Positions 1-8,585 of a stretch of 64,000 bases of DNA are shown piece by piece (within the stretch, counting starts at the first letter, position 1; each line of letters opens with the position of its first letter). Origin of the DNA: a virus; the IMG/VR virus record IMGVR_UViG_3300047548_000930, positions 3,258 to 67,257 of that record, one strand, 5' to 3'. The position numbers and the translations under genes were made by a program. The notes under the pieces were generated by a model. It worked only from the letters and a program-made list of their open reading frames with translations. It searched no databases and had not been told where the DNA came from.

Positions 1-155
1 AAATCATTAGTGCCAAAGTAAAACTTTATTGAGAAGCTATAACCATGAATTAGGTTACAGTGTGAATCTGCACGCCATTGCCTATATGCACAAGGGAATG
101 CATTAATATATTCTTTAGTTGAAGTATATTTGTAAGATACGGGTGTATTTGCCAT
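1..155 (-). CDS. queD: 6-carboxytetrahydropterin synthase QueD, N-terminal part (runs off the window; not in ORF track)
   Basis: Manual translation from ATG at 155: MANTPVSYKYTSTKEYINAFPCAYRQWRADSHCNLIHGYSFSIKFYFGTND. Carries the C-x3-HG(Y/H) QueD motif; AGGA SD upstream; folE nearby. Confidence 0.85.
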   Translation of the reverse strand, partial: MANTPVSYKYTSTKEYINAFPCAYRQWRADSHCNLIHGYSFSIKFYFGTND

Positions 156-174
156 AATCAGTCTTTCCTATCTA

Positions 175-217
175 TGACACGCAGAGTTCTTTTAGAGGGG
201 TGAGTGTCAAGGCCTCT
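175..217 (-). promoter_or_regulatory. Candidate preQ1-I-like riboswitch / H-type pseudoknot in the queD leader
   Basis: Minus-strand RNA AGAGG-CCU-UGACAC-UCACC-CCUCU-AAAAGAACUCUGC-GUGUCA. P1 is AGAGG/CCUCU, P2 is UGACAC/GUGUCA, with an A-rich linker; it ends 5 nt before the AGGA SD. Confidence 0.55.
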
Positions 218-252
218 TATAGCTGTATATTAAGCTAACTTAACATTAGCTA

Positions 253-627
253 TCAATATTTATTTTTTCTGCTATAATATGCTTTAGTTCCGTTGGAATG
301 AACTTCCCTACATAGATCAGTTTTTGTAAATTCAAGCGCAAAACGTGTTTCATCTGCTTCTTCCATAAAAACAAAAAAGCACGTTTTGCCATCTGGGGCA
401 ACTAAGTCTCCCCAATTGTTAATTGCAGCATTCTTATCTGGTGCCAATAGTCCGTTCCAAACAAATACTTGCCCAGAACAGTTTTCATCTACCCACTTTC
501 GTATACGCATACGATTTACCCAAGGTATTGAGCACTCGTAAAATCTAAAATCATCAACATTAATTAACCATGTTAATTCATCATAGTCACTAATGTAGCG
601 TAGGTTCTTATTAAGTCTTAAATCCAT
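253..627 (-). CDS. Hypothetical protein, F-x2-E-x-D-x3-F-x-L family
   Basis: W-x2-ENC-x-G and FMEEADETRFALEF motifs shared with the small proteins at 48-58 kb. Confidence 0.7.
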   Translation of the reverse strand: MDLRLNKNLRYISDYDELTWLINVDDFRFYECSIPWVNRMRIRKWVDENCSGQVFVWNGLLAPDKNAAINNWGDLVAPDGKTCFFVFMEEADETRFALEFTKTDLCREVHSNGTKAYYSRKNKY

Positions 628-824
628 TCCTCAGCGATGCCCAAAATTTCTGCTAGACCTAAACCAATTGCAAGCATCAATACTGCTGGTGATCCACCTT
701 CAATATGTCCAAGAACAATAAGTGTTATAATACAAGACAAACAAGATGCAATTCGTATACCGCTTTTGATAAAACTAATCTTTTGATGCCAGTGCTTATA
801 CTTGTGTTCAAAATCATTCGACAA
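618..824 (-). CDS. Small membrane protein
   Basis: Two hydrophobic segments; overlaps both neighbours in an operon. Confidence 0.65.
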   Translation of the reverse strand: MSNDFEHKYKHWHQKISFIKSGIRIASCLSCIITLIVLGHIEGGSPAVLMLAIGLGLAEILGIAEEWI

Positions 825-1134
825 TTGGGGGTTCTCCTTGTGTTAAGTTGTACATATTTAAGTAGTCCTCCCACGCCTTCTTTAATGCAGGATACTTCTC
901 ATGCAGTGCCCTTTGCTCATAACTCGTATACACTGTTGGTTGAGCTACTTCGGGAATTATTCCAAAACTGTTGTCATAAGATGTACCAGTGTCTACTGCC
1001 CATTCGTATGTGTCATCGCTTGTAATGTTAATGATATATTTGCTTAAGTCTATATCACTAACATTATATTCCTCTGTTACACTAATATCACCACTTAAGG
1101 TAATACTAACGTTCATGTTATCTTCTGGATCCAT
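814..1134 (-). CDS. Hypothetical protein (KYPAL family)
   Basis: C-terminal LHEKYPALKKAWEDY motif; paralogous to 1509-1838 and 8582-8845. Confidence 0.7.
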   Translation of the reverse strand: MDPEDNMNVSITLSGDISVTEEYNVSDIDLSKYIINITSDDTYEWAVDTGTSYDNSFGIIPEVAQPTVYTSYEQRALHEKYPALKKAWEDYLNMYNLTQGEPPIVE

Positions 1135-1135
1135 A

Positions 1136-1519
1136 TTAACCTCGCAACATTAGCTGCACTAAGATATCATTTATCCTAACACCCATATCTTCGCTGTCAG
1201 ATACCATAAACAATTCGTGTGCTGGACGATATGAGCTAGAATGTACTGGGCCATCTTCATTCTTCCAAGCTTCTACAATGTGTCCACCATTTGCACGATG
1301 CAAACGAATATTCCAACCTTCAAAGCTTTTGTTAAACCCATTAGGTCCTTGTGTAGATGGTATTGGTTCTGAAACTACTATATTTTCATCTTCTTTTAGA
1401 TAATCGCGTAGCCACTGCTTAAATGAACGACGCTTTTGTTTTACATCTTCCTGTGACCATGAAGGAGCACTTGAACCAATTCCAGCACCTTTACGATATT
1501 TGTTTACTTTATATCCCAT
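1136..1519 (-). CDS. Hypothetical protein
   Basis: Operon-packed ORF. Confidence 0.7.
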   Translation of the reverse strand: MGYKVNKYRKGAGIGSSAPSWSQEDVKQKRRSFKQWLRDYLKEDENIVVSEPIPSTQGPNGFNKSFEGWNIRLHRANGGHIVEAWKNEDGPVHSSSYRPAHELFMVSDSEDMGVRINDILVQLMLRG

Positions 1520-1838
1520 CGTTGTTCTCCCAATCGTGTTTTACCATAGCTTCTACAATTTTATAATTCTCATAAGCTTCTTTAAGTGCAGGATACTTAT
1601 CAATCATGTCAAATGCAGGTTGAATAAGACATAGTCTTTCCATTATTGTATCAAACATTTCACCTACATGAATATCTGGTTTACCTTCACGGCGAAGAAT
1701 TATATCGTTACTATAAGCGTTAGTATTAGCATAAATGCTTGATGTTGTGTAATACGATGGAGAAGTTGCCCAATAATTTGAACCTGTTGCTCCAATTGTG
1801 TAAGAACTACTGTTAAGTGTTACGTTTCCTGTTGCCAT
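1509..1838 (-). CDS. Hypothetical protein (KYPAL family)
   Basis: Ser/Thr-rich N-terminus, then MIDKYPALKEAYENYK. Confidence 0.7.
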   Translation of the reverse strand: MATGNVTLNSSSYTIGATGSNYWATSPSYYTTSSIYANTNAYSNDIILRREGKPDIHVGEMFDTIMERLCLIQPAFDMIDKYPALKEAYENYKIVEAMVKHDWENNDGI

Positions 1839-2272
1839 TATGATTCCTTATTGTTCTTAGCTATAAGCATTTCTCGAATGCTATTTTGAACATGTTCAGG
1901 AACTTGCACTTCACCGTTAAATTTAAATTTTTCTGCATGTGTATCATAGTTTTTACGGTAAATGCGATCTACTTCAGTTCGAATGTATTCGTTTTTTGCT
2001 AACTTTTCTACACACTCATTTAATTTAAATTGTTCGTGTTCAACAATAACATCGGGCATTCCTAGTTCTTTTATTTTTTTAACTCGTTGAAGTCGCCACT
2101 CAATTCTTTCTTCAAGTTCTTTTTTTGTAAGTTTTGGTTCTTTTGTAAATCTTGCCATATGAGAGTTCCATTGTTTTGTTCTCTCTTCATCGAGTCGTTG
2201 TTGTTCTGCTTCGTATGAAGCTTGATCTATATGAAACCAATAATAGTCTGCATCCATATTCGGTATTAACAT
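1838..2272 (-). CDS. Hypothetical protein
   Basis: Coupled to folE by a TAATG overlap; helical and charged. Confidence 0.7.
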   Translation of the reverse strand: MLIPNMDADYYWFHIDQASYEAEQQRLDEERTKQWNSHMARFTKEPKLTKKELEERIEWRLQRVKKIKELGMPDVIVEHEQFKLNECVEKLAKNEYIRTEVDRIYRKNYDTHAEKFKFNGEVQVPEHVQNSIREMLIAKNNKES

Positions 2273-2946
2273 TAACCATGTCCTTTCATGCTTAAGCAGA
2301 TATCGTAGAATTCCTTTTTAAGCGGAGCATGTGTGTCGAATGCACCAAGCATAATTGCGGTTGTCATATCGCTTTCGTGCTCGCGTACACCACGCATTGT
2401 CATGCAGTGATGCTCTGCTTTAACAAGCACTGCGATGTTTTCAGTCTTTGCATACTTCTTTAGTGCTTCTGCAATTTGTGTTGTCATTTCCTCTTGAATC
2501 TGAGGACGTTCGCAAATGTGATGCACAATACGATTGAACTTACTAAGGCCAATTACTTCATCTTCTGGTACAATACCAACCCAACACTTACCGACAATGT
2601 TTTGGAAGTGATGAGCGCAAGTGCTGCGTACACTAATTGGTCCGGTAGTATACAAACTCTTATATCCCATGTTTGGGAATGCTGTTACTTTTGGTACTGG
2701 ACGATAACGACCACTAAATGTTTCAAGAATAAACATCTTAGCAACGCGGCGTGCAGTGTCTTGTGTATTGTGATCGTGCTCGGTATCAATTACTAGAGAC
2801 TGTAGCACACCTTGGAACTCGGCAGCAACTTCATCTACAAGTGCATCAAGTTCACCTTCTTGAATATATTGAGCAATGTTATCATTGCTATGAAATCTAT
2901 CACCTGCTGCTAAAATGCGCTGGCGAATTTGCTCTGAAACTTTCAT
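2272..2946 (-). CDS. folE: GTP cyclohydrolase I
   Basis: TARRVAKM, STCAHH, GLSKFNR, RPQIQE and HHCMTMRGV motifs. Confidence 0.97.
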   Translation of the reverse strand: MKVSEQIRQRILAAGDRFHSNDNIAQYIQEGELDALVDEVAAEFQGVLQSLVIDTEHDHNTQDTARRVAKMFILETFSGRYRPVPKVTAFPNMGYKSLYTTGPISVRSTCAHHFQNIVGKCWVGIVPEDEVIGLSKFNRIVHHICERPQIQEEMTTQIAEALKKYAKTENIAVLVKAEHHCMTMRGVREHESDMTTAIMLGAFDTHAPLKKEFYDICLSMKGHG

Positions 2947-2993
2947 CTAAAACTCCTATTGTTTAGTGTAGCAAAAAACTACGATAAATTAAA

Positions 2994-3854
2994 TTAATTC
3001 TTTAGCTCGTAGCAGTACTGATCCCAGCACATATCTTCGAGTGTCTTTTCAAGTTTAACTAAACTGCTTAAGTTATTAACGATTGCGCTTACTGCATCAC
3101 CTTCACGTGGCGAACCAACTTTGTACATAAGTTTAATGTTAGTAACTTTCTCCATTGCACGGATAACATCAAGTACTGAGTATCCTTTTGCACTACCAAT
3201 ACATTCATATGGTGTATTTTGTGGTCCAGCTTCGATAGCTGTAACGATAGCATTAGCAACATCTAACACATGAACATAATCACGTATGCAAGTGCCATCG
3301 CGAGTTGGATAATTAGTTCCGTTAATTACAAAGTCGCGCTTACCAATAATTGCCTGTGCAACAGCTTTGATTAGATGTGGTGTTTTAGCTAACTGATGAT
3401 TGATTCCATCAGTGCCAGACACATTAAAGAATCGAAAGATAGTGTAATTGCTGCTTTTCTCTTTAATAATATCTTCTGCTGCCATCTTGCTACGTGCATA
3501 TGGACTTACCATGCTAAACACTGAGCTTGAACTTGCAAAGATAAAATGATCGTTTTCAATACGATCCAACACATTTGCAGTTCCCATTGCATTAACACGG
3601 TAGTAATCAGTTGGCTCACGTAAACTAACTGGAACACTACCTCTTGCAGCTAAATGTACAATGCAATCAAATGATCCACGCACGTAATGGGTAATATCCC
3701 ATTCCCTGAAGTCATCAATATAGGGAGTAATGTTGTTATACTCGCCGTGAATATTGATATCCCAACCAGTTACATGGTATCCATGTTGCTTTAAAACTTT
3801 GCATACATGACTACCAATGTAACCAGTTGCACCTGTTACAAGTATTTTCTTCAT
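2994..3854 (-). CDS. galE: NAD-dependent epimerase, UDP-glucose 4-epimerase-like
   Basis: GATGYIGSH, YARSK (YxxxK), FRFFNV and DGTCIRDYVHVLD motifs. Confidence 0.88.
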   Translation of the reverse strand: MKKILVTGATGYIGSHVCKVLKQHGYHVTGWDINIHGEYNNITPYIDDFREWDITHYVRGSFDCIVHLAARGSVPVSLREPTDYYRVNAMGTANVLDRIENDHFIFASSSSVFSMVSPYARSKMAAEDIIKEKSSNYTIFRFFNVSGTDGINHQLAKTPHLIKAVAQAIIGKRDFVINGTNYPTRDGTCIRDYVHVLDVANAIVTAIEAGPQNTPYECIGSAKGYSVLDVIRAMEKVTNIKLMYKVGSPREGDAVSAIVNNLSSLVKLEKTLEDMCWDQYCYELKN

Positions 3855-3861
3855 GTTTTAT

Positions 3862-4926
3862 TTAGATTGCCATTGACTTTTTAATAGTCGAGTATAATTC
3901 TTTGCCGTTAAAGAACTTATCACCAGTTTGATTAGCCATTTCTTTAGACTTCTCATAAAGATCATTGCGTTCCATTGTGTTACGAATGAATTGCATTAGA
4001 TAACCCTTATTGTCCTGATATGCTTTCCAACTTGTTACCCAACGATTTGGATATTTTTCTTCCCACATCTCAGTATAGCTTAGTCGATCTGGTACCATTG
4101 GATATGTTCCAACTAATGCAGCTTCATATGCGCTAATACCAAGTGTCTCTTGCAAGTTAGCACTAAACATAACTTTGCTTTCAGCCATATGCTTATGGTA
4201 TTCATCTTTAGACAAGTTATGTTCTTGTGCAATGAACCATTCATATTCTGGCATACTTGCAGCAAGGTCTTTAAAGATTTCAACTTGCTTCTCTGGAGCA
4301 ATGCGGTGAGGGAAGATGATCTTATTCTTCTTTTGCACAGTATCATATGGCTGCATTACCTTTGGTAGATACTCCATAGGCCAACCAACAATATGACACT
4401 TAGGATCTACAGCATCCTCGAATGGAAAATCGAACAGTGTTTGTAAAAATATGTCTAAGTGGAATTGTGTCGCAAAAAAGTTATCATCATAGCAATCATA
4501 CATACTACGCTCTGCGTTACGCACCCATGGTTTGTTACCAATAAGTCGTCCTAGAAAATCATGTGGATCATAGCTACCGGCATGCCATAGACCACCAATG
4601 CGAATTTTAACACCAAGCAGCTCAGCCATATACTTGAGCTGTATTACAGTTGGGTTCCATGCATCGGTGTATAAGAAATAGTCGCCGTCCTTAATGTTGC
4701 CAAATGCAAACTCACGGCTAATCTCAATCATTTGTTGTGCTTTATAGTTGTTAGTGCCAGCAAAGTTTAAAAACGCACCTGGTGTTGTTGCCATTGGAAC
4801 ATCACCACCTGAAATCTTTACAACATCCAACCCTGCTTCACGCATTTGAATTGGTAAGTGTTCTTTCCATTGTTTTGTGTAACGTGTGTCAACTGCTTCA
4901 ATGTCAACAATGTAAACTCTATTCAT
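3862..4926 (-). CDS. GT-B fold (GT4-like) glycosyltransferase
   Basis: FPHRIAPEK; QETLGISAYE (E-x7-E motif); PMVPDRLSYTEM. Confidence 0.8.
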   Translation of the reverse strand: MNRVYIVDIEAVDTRYTKQWKEHLPIQMREAGLDVVKISGGDVPMATTPGAFLNFAGTNNYKAQQMIEISREFAFGNIKDGDYFLYTDAWNPTVIQLKYMAELLGVKIRIGGLWHAGSYDPHDFLGRLIGNKPWVRNAERSMYDCYDDNFFATQFHLDIFLQTLFDFPFEDAVDPKCHIVGWPMEYLPKVMQPYDTVQKKNKIIFPHRIAPEKQVEIFKDLAASMPEYEWFIAQEHNLSKDEYHKHMAESKVMFSANLQETLGISAYEAALVGTYPMVPDRLSYTEMWEEKYPNRWVTSWKAYQDNKGYLMQFIRNTMERNDLYEKSKEMANQTGDKFFNGKELYSTIKKSMAI

Positions 4927-5257
4927 ATTGTTCTCTTAATCCTTCCCATCTTAATACAATCCAACTGGCATATTTTTCAGTTTGTGGACTTAGTTTTAAT
5001 TTAACTGTATTACCATAGTAGTTAGGAACAATTTTAAAGTCTACATTAATCGTAAACTCTGCTTCACGCATCAATTTTTTAATTTGTTGTAACGTAGTGT
5101 TTGGGTAAAACGTTTTTCCAAGTCGACATCTAAAAATAGGCAACTCCAGCAGAAACCAATTGGTCTCCACTGGAGTATAATCTTCAATAATGTATTCTAT
5201 TTCGTTCAAGGTACGATGCGAATAGATGTATGATCCATGCCAACTTCCTTTACCCAA
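4919..5257 (-). CDS. Hypothetical protein (start uncertain)
   Basis: Ends EKYASWIVLRW, like the L-x-W small-protein family; ATGA-type packing with the GT gene. Confidence 0.5.
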   Translation of the reverse strand: MGKGSWHGSYIYSHRTLNEIEYIIEDYTPVETNWFLLELPIFRCRLGKTFYPNTTLQQIKKLMREAEFTINVDFKIVPNYYGNTVKLKLSPQTEKYASWIVLRWEGLREQYE

Positions 5258-5640
5258 TAGAAAAGTCGTTCAGCATGTTCAGGATGTAGTCGAATACATC
5301 CATGGCTTGCAGGTCGTCCAAGTCGCTTAATGTCGTAAGTAGCATGAATTGCATAACCACCCTTAAAGAAAATGCTATGCGGCATTGGGGAGTTATTATA
5401 CTTTTTGCTGTAATGCATCTTTGCAAGGTAGTATGGACTAAAATCACCATAAGGTGTGCGATAGCCTTTTCGTGCAGTGCTTACAGGATAAACTTCTTGT
5501 TCACCAAACCCAGTTTGCACATACATTACTTGATCGCTAACATCAATTGTGATGTCAACGTATTCAGCTTTTGCTGGGTTGGAAAGGAGGGCGAAAAACA
5601 TCGCCCCCATAGCCAGCGAAGCTAGCTTATTCCATGCCAT
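5206..5640 (-). CDS. L,D-transpeptidase (YkuD/ErfK family) with signal peptide
   Basis: Signal peptide from ATG 5640 (MAWNK...AKA); VSTARKGYRTP, GGYAIHAT and SHGCIRL catalytic motifs. Confidence 0.92.
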   Translation of the reverse strand: MAWNKLASLAMGAMFFALLSNPAKAEYVDITIDVSDQVMYVQTGFGEQEVYPVSTARKGYRTPYGDFSPYYLAKMHYSKKYNNSPMPHSIFFKGGYAIHATYDIKRLGRPASHGCIRLHPEHAERLFYWVKEVGMDHTSIRIVP

Positions 5641-5818
5641 AACGGGCATCCTTCTTCCAGTTGTCAACAACGCGGTCACCGCGCCTCCAGCGCGAGTACT
5701 GGCCCCATGGTGTATCGCCCTTGTATAGATGTGCCTCATTAAACACATAGCCATACTCTACGCAAAACTTGCGATAGTTATCGAGATCGTCGAAAATCTT
5801 AATCATTTGGTCCTTCAT
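5627..5818 (-). CDS. Hypothetical protein
   Basis: ATGA overlap with the upstream T-fold gene; DLDNYRKFCVEYGYVFNE. Confidence 0.7.
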   Translation of the reverse strand: MKDQMIKIFDDLDNYRKFCVEYGYVFNEAHLYKGDTPWGQYSRWRRGDRVVDNWKKDARYGME

Positions 5819-6231
5819 TGGATATCTTCCTGTGTATAAGAATAAGTTTCAAATTTTACAAAAGTGCCGTTCTCGTTATCTTCGCTAACTTCGATCCATA
5901 CTGTTCTCCCTGGATATTTGGAGTTGATTTTAAGATACAAATCTTCTGCGATCATCTCGCATGACTTGTAATCCAGTTGCAGTTCCTTCCCAACACCATA
6001 GAGGTTATTGAGCCAACGCTTAAATTGGATAAACTCAATATCTCTATCGTCGTGGAATACTTCGATATAAACTTTAAAGTGAAACATATGGCGATGTGGA
6101 TGCGCTAAAAAGCTTACGTCATATTCATCGCCTGTGGCAAGCTTTGGGTCAGTTGCGGCTGCAGGATAACGATGAATGCCTTCTCTAGCAAACGTTACCC
6201 AAATCATTTTTTCTGTTGTCACTGTGTGCAT
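5815..6231 (-). CDS. dpdL: QueD-paralogous T-fold protein, DpdL-like (predicted CDG decarboxylase)
   Basis: EGIH, LAHPHRHMF (L-x3-HRH-x-F in place of QueD C-x3-HGH), SCEMIA and VSEDNENG motifs; a true QueD is encoded separately. Confidence 0.72.
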   Translation of the reverse strand: MHTVTTEKMIWVTFAREGIHRYPAAATDPKLATGDEYDVSFLAHPHRHMFHFKVYIEVFHDDRDIEFIQFKRWLNNLYGVGKELQLDYKSCEMIAEDLYLKINSKYPGRTVWIEVSEDNENGTFVKFETYSYTQEDIQ

Positions 6232-6238
6232 GTTCTAT

Positions 6239-6267
6239 ATCTTACTGTATGTTGAGGTATTTGTCAA
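6239..6267 (-). promoter_or_regulatory. Sigma70-type promoter, probably leaderless
   Basis: TTGACA-N17-TAAGAT, then 7 nt to the ATG of the DpdL-like gene; no SD. Confidence 0.7.
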
Positions 6268-6281
6268 AGCTTATTTTGGCA

Positions 6282-7193
6282 TTACCAATAAATGAAAGCG
6301 CGGTTAAATCCTTTTGGACGATTTGCGCTATCAATAAATGCTAAACGCCATTCTTCTGTATTGCGATTATACCCGCGGGTCCAAAAGTTTTCTACGTTAA
6401 GCTTACCAGTTTCAATTTGGCTAACTGCTTCAAGCATACAAGCATGAAACCCTGGTGTGCGTGGACTTGGGCATACCATTGTTACAGCATTCCAAAGTAG
6501 GTGATCGAAGTTGCTTGAAACATATGGATGCTTACTGCTCGCAAATACTAGCAGCGCATTTGGATTGTAGATATCTTGTGTTAGTGAAATATCGTTGGTG
6601 CTTAGATCAATTACAACATCATATTTGCCATCTGGTTTGGATTGGACTTCAATACTGTGTTCTTCCATCCAAAACTCTTTGCTGTAATTGCCAATTACAT
6701 CGATGCCGCTATAAACGCCACGCAGATTAAGATTAGTACAAACCACATGACTTAGGAAACCTGTGCCAATAATAGCAATACGTTGTCCATTAAAGATGTC
6801 TGCACGTAGCATTATTTCACGGAATACGTTAATACCACATGCAATTGGCTCTACAATATACTTTGGGCTTGGTTGCGGAACTTTTACGTATGATTCAATT
6901 GGGGTATTGTAAAAGTCTGCATACGCAGGTTCACCACGTGTAGCAACAAAATCGCCTACAACTACATCTCGAACTTGTCCACCAACTTGTGTAACAACAC
7001 CAAGCCCTTCGTGGCCATGCATATTCATAGGCAGATTAAACTGGCCGTACATCATGTCGATATCACTACGACAAACCCCAGTCATTAGTGCCTTTACTTC
7101 AATCTCATAAGGTTGAATTTCAGGCTTAACCCATTCTACTTCTTTGTAAAAGCCATTACCTTCTGTAGTAAGTAACCTTACTTTACGTTCCAT
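6282..7193 (-). CDS. Zn-dependent medium-chain dehydrogenase
   Basis: GVCRSD, GHEGLGVV..VG..V....VGD, EPIACG and Rossmann GTGFLS; lacks the structural-Zn lobe. Confidence 0.88.
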   Translation of the reverse strand: MERKVRLLTTEGNGFYKEVEWVKPEIQPYEIEVKALMTGVCRSDIDMMYGQFNLPMNMHGHEGLGVVTQVGGQVRDVVVGDFVATRGEPAYADFYNTPIESYVKVPQPSPKYIVEPIACGINVFREIMLRADIFNGQRIAIIGTGFLSHVVCTNLNLRGVYSGIDVIGNYSKEFWMEEHSIEVQSKPDGKYDVVIDLSTNDISLTQDIYNPNALLVFASSKHPYVSSNFDHLLWNAVTMVCPSPRTPGFHACMLEAVSQIETGKLNVENFWTRGYNRNTEEWRLAFIDSANRPKGFNRAFIYW

Positions 7194-8073
7194 TTAATTC
7201 CTCTAACAGCTTGTGAATCCAAATATCCTGTAACTTTTGTTCTTGCCAAAAGTCCTTAATGTTGCGACATTCTACAGCAGTTTTAATCATGTTACTATAC
7301 GCTTCCTCTGGGCATAAACCAAGTGGAATATTGGTTCTATTGCCAAATGTTATACCAACATCATCTTCACGCATACTACGCCAATCTGCAATTACTTTAA
7401 CACGAATATTTGCTAAGTGTAATTCAAAAGAGCAGTAATCATCCACATCATAAATCCCGTTTGGATTTACGCTACCGTAATCACTTGAAGTTAAGTCCTC
7501 TAATCTTGAACGTTGCATAACTTGTTTGTTAACAAGTTTAAAACTTCTATAATCGGATGCATAAAACATTGGCATGTAGCTTAACAAGTGAGGCACTAAA
7601 TCTCTGCTTACTCCACCCCATGCTAAGTGTTTGGTAGTAAACCAACTGCCAGGATTAGGTACACGATTATAGTTGATCCAATTAAGATTAATGTACTTTG
7701 TAATAGCAGACTGCGAAACCAGATCATATATGTTTGGTCGGTATTGATTGTTCTTAACCATCATAAGTCTAACATCAGACTCAGTAGCTTTACGCCATGC
7801 TGCTGCTGTTTTAAACCCAGGTTTCTCTACAAACACAATGCTATTAGGTGTATGGTTAGACTTTACATATTCATAAAACAAATCTTCATGCGTGAAGTTT
7901 GGAGTACAAATATGTACAGTGTCGAACTTAGCACTAGCACATGCTTCTGCAAAAGAAGTAAACGTTGGGTTCTTAGTTGCATCCATATCAACAGTTACAA
8001 CATCGGCCCCCAATTGTGTTAAGACATCAACATATAACTTGCCAATACCAAGTCCAACAACTAAGCTTTTCAT
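7183..8073 (-). CDS. Gfo/Idh/MocA family oxidoreductase
   Basis: VVGLGIG, ICTPNFTH, VEKPG and GGVSRDLVPH motifs. Confidence 0.88.
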   Translation of the reverse strand: MKSLVVGLGIGKLYVDVLTQLGADVVTVDMDATKNPTFTSFAEACASAKFDTVHICTPNFTHEDLFYEYVKSNHTPNSIVFVEKPGFKTAAAWRKATESDVRLMMVKNNQYRPNIYDLVSQSAITKYINLNWINYNRVPNPGSWFTTKHLAWGGVSRDLVPHLLSYMPMFYASDYRSFKLVNKQVMQRSRLEDLTSSDYGSVNPNGIYDVDDYCSFELHLANIRVKVIADWRSMREDDVGITFGNRTNIPLGLCPEEAYSNMIKTAVECRNIKDFWQEQKLQDIWIHKLLEELNGT

Positions 8074-8585
8074 TTATCGTCCTTATAGGCTGACCAATCT
8101 GTATAAACTTCCTTACCAAGTAGTGACTGTAAGCGATGAGTCCATACACCAGGATTACTGTAGCCCCATTGTGTATCATCAATTTTAAGTGTAGTATGAT
8201 AGTTAAGCAATTTAATGTATGGCATCTTCACACTTACCATTGGGATAAACTTCATACGTTGACAGTACCCAGCTTCATGTACACGATTGATATCTGCTAC
8301 ATCAAAATCTAATGTAACCCAATAATCTGTGTTATCAAGAAAATGATGTATTAGTTTCTCAAACGCTTTTGCAGTCTTCATATCTACATTGCGATATGTT
8401 TGGCTTGTGCCAAAATACAAATGCTCAACATTGTATCCATCTTCTGCAAGATCCTTAATCTCTGTAGTGATCTCATCAATAGATGGTGTGCCTACGATAA
8501 ACAATGTTTTGCTACCGTAGGCAACCGTATGCTCTACTTCTGTACCAGTAAAGAAAGTGCGTGTTTGTCTATCTGCTAAACTCAT
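8070..8585 (-). CDS. Hypothetical protein, possibly a QueE-fold relative without the Fe-S motif
   Basis: Operon-coupled; the order of segments loosely follows QueE; no CxxxCxxC. Confidence 0.6.
   Translation of the reverse strand: MSLADRQTRTFFTGTEVEHTVAYGSKTLFIVGTPSIDEITTEIKDLAEDGYNVEHLYFGTSQTYRNVDMKTAKAFEKLIHHFLDNTDYWVTLDFDVADINRVHEAGYCQRMKFIPMVSVKMPYIKLLNYHTTLKIDDTQWGYSNPGVWTHRLQSLLGKEVYTDWSAYKDDK

Noticed and set aside
233-252. Small AGCTAA/TTAGCT hairpin upstream of the queD leader
   Set aside because: Short and AU-rich without a U tail; not enough to call a terminator.
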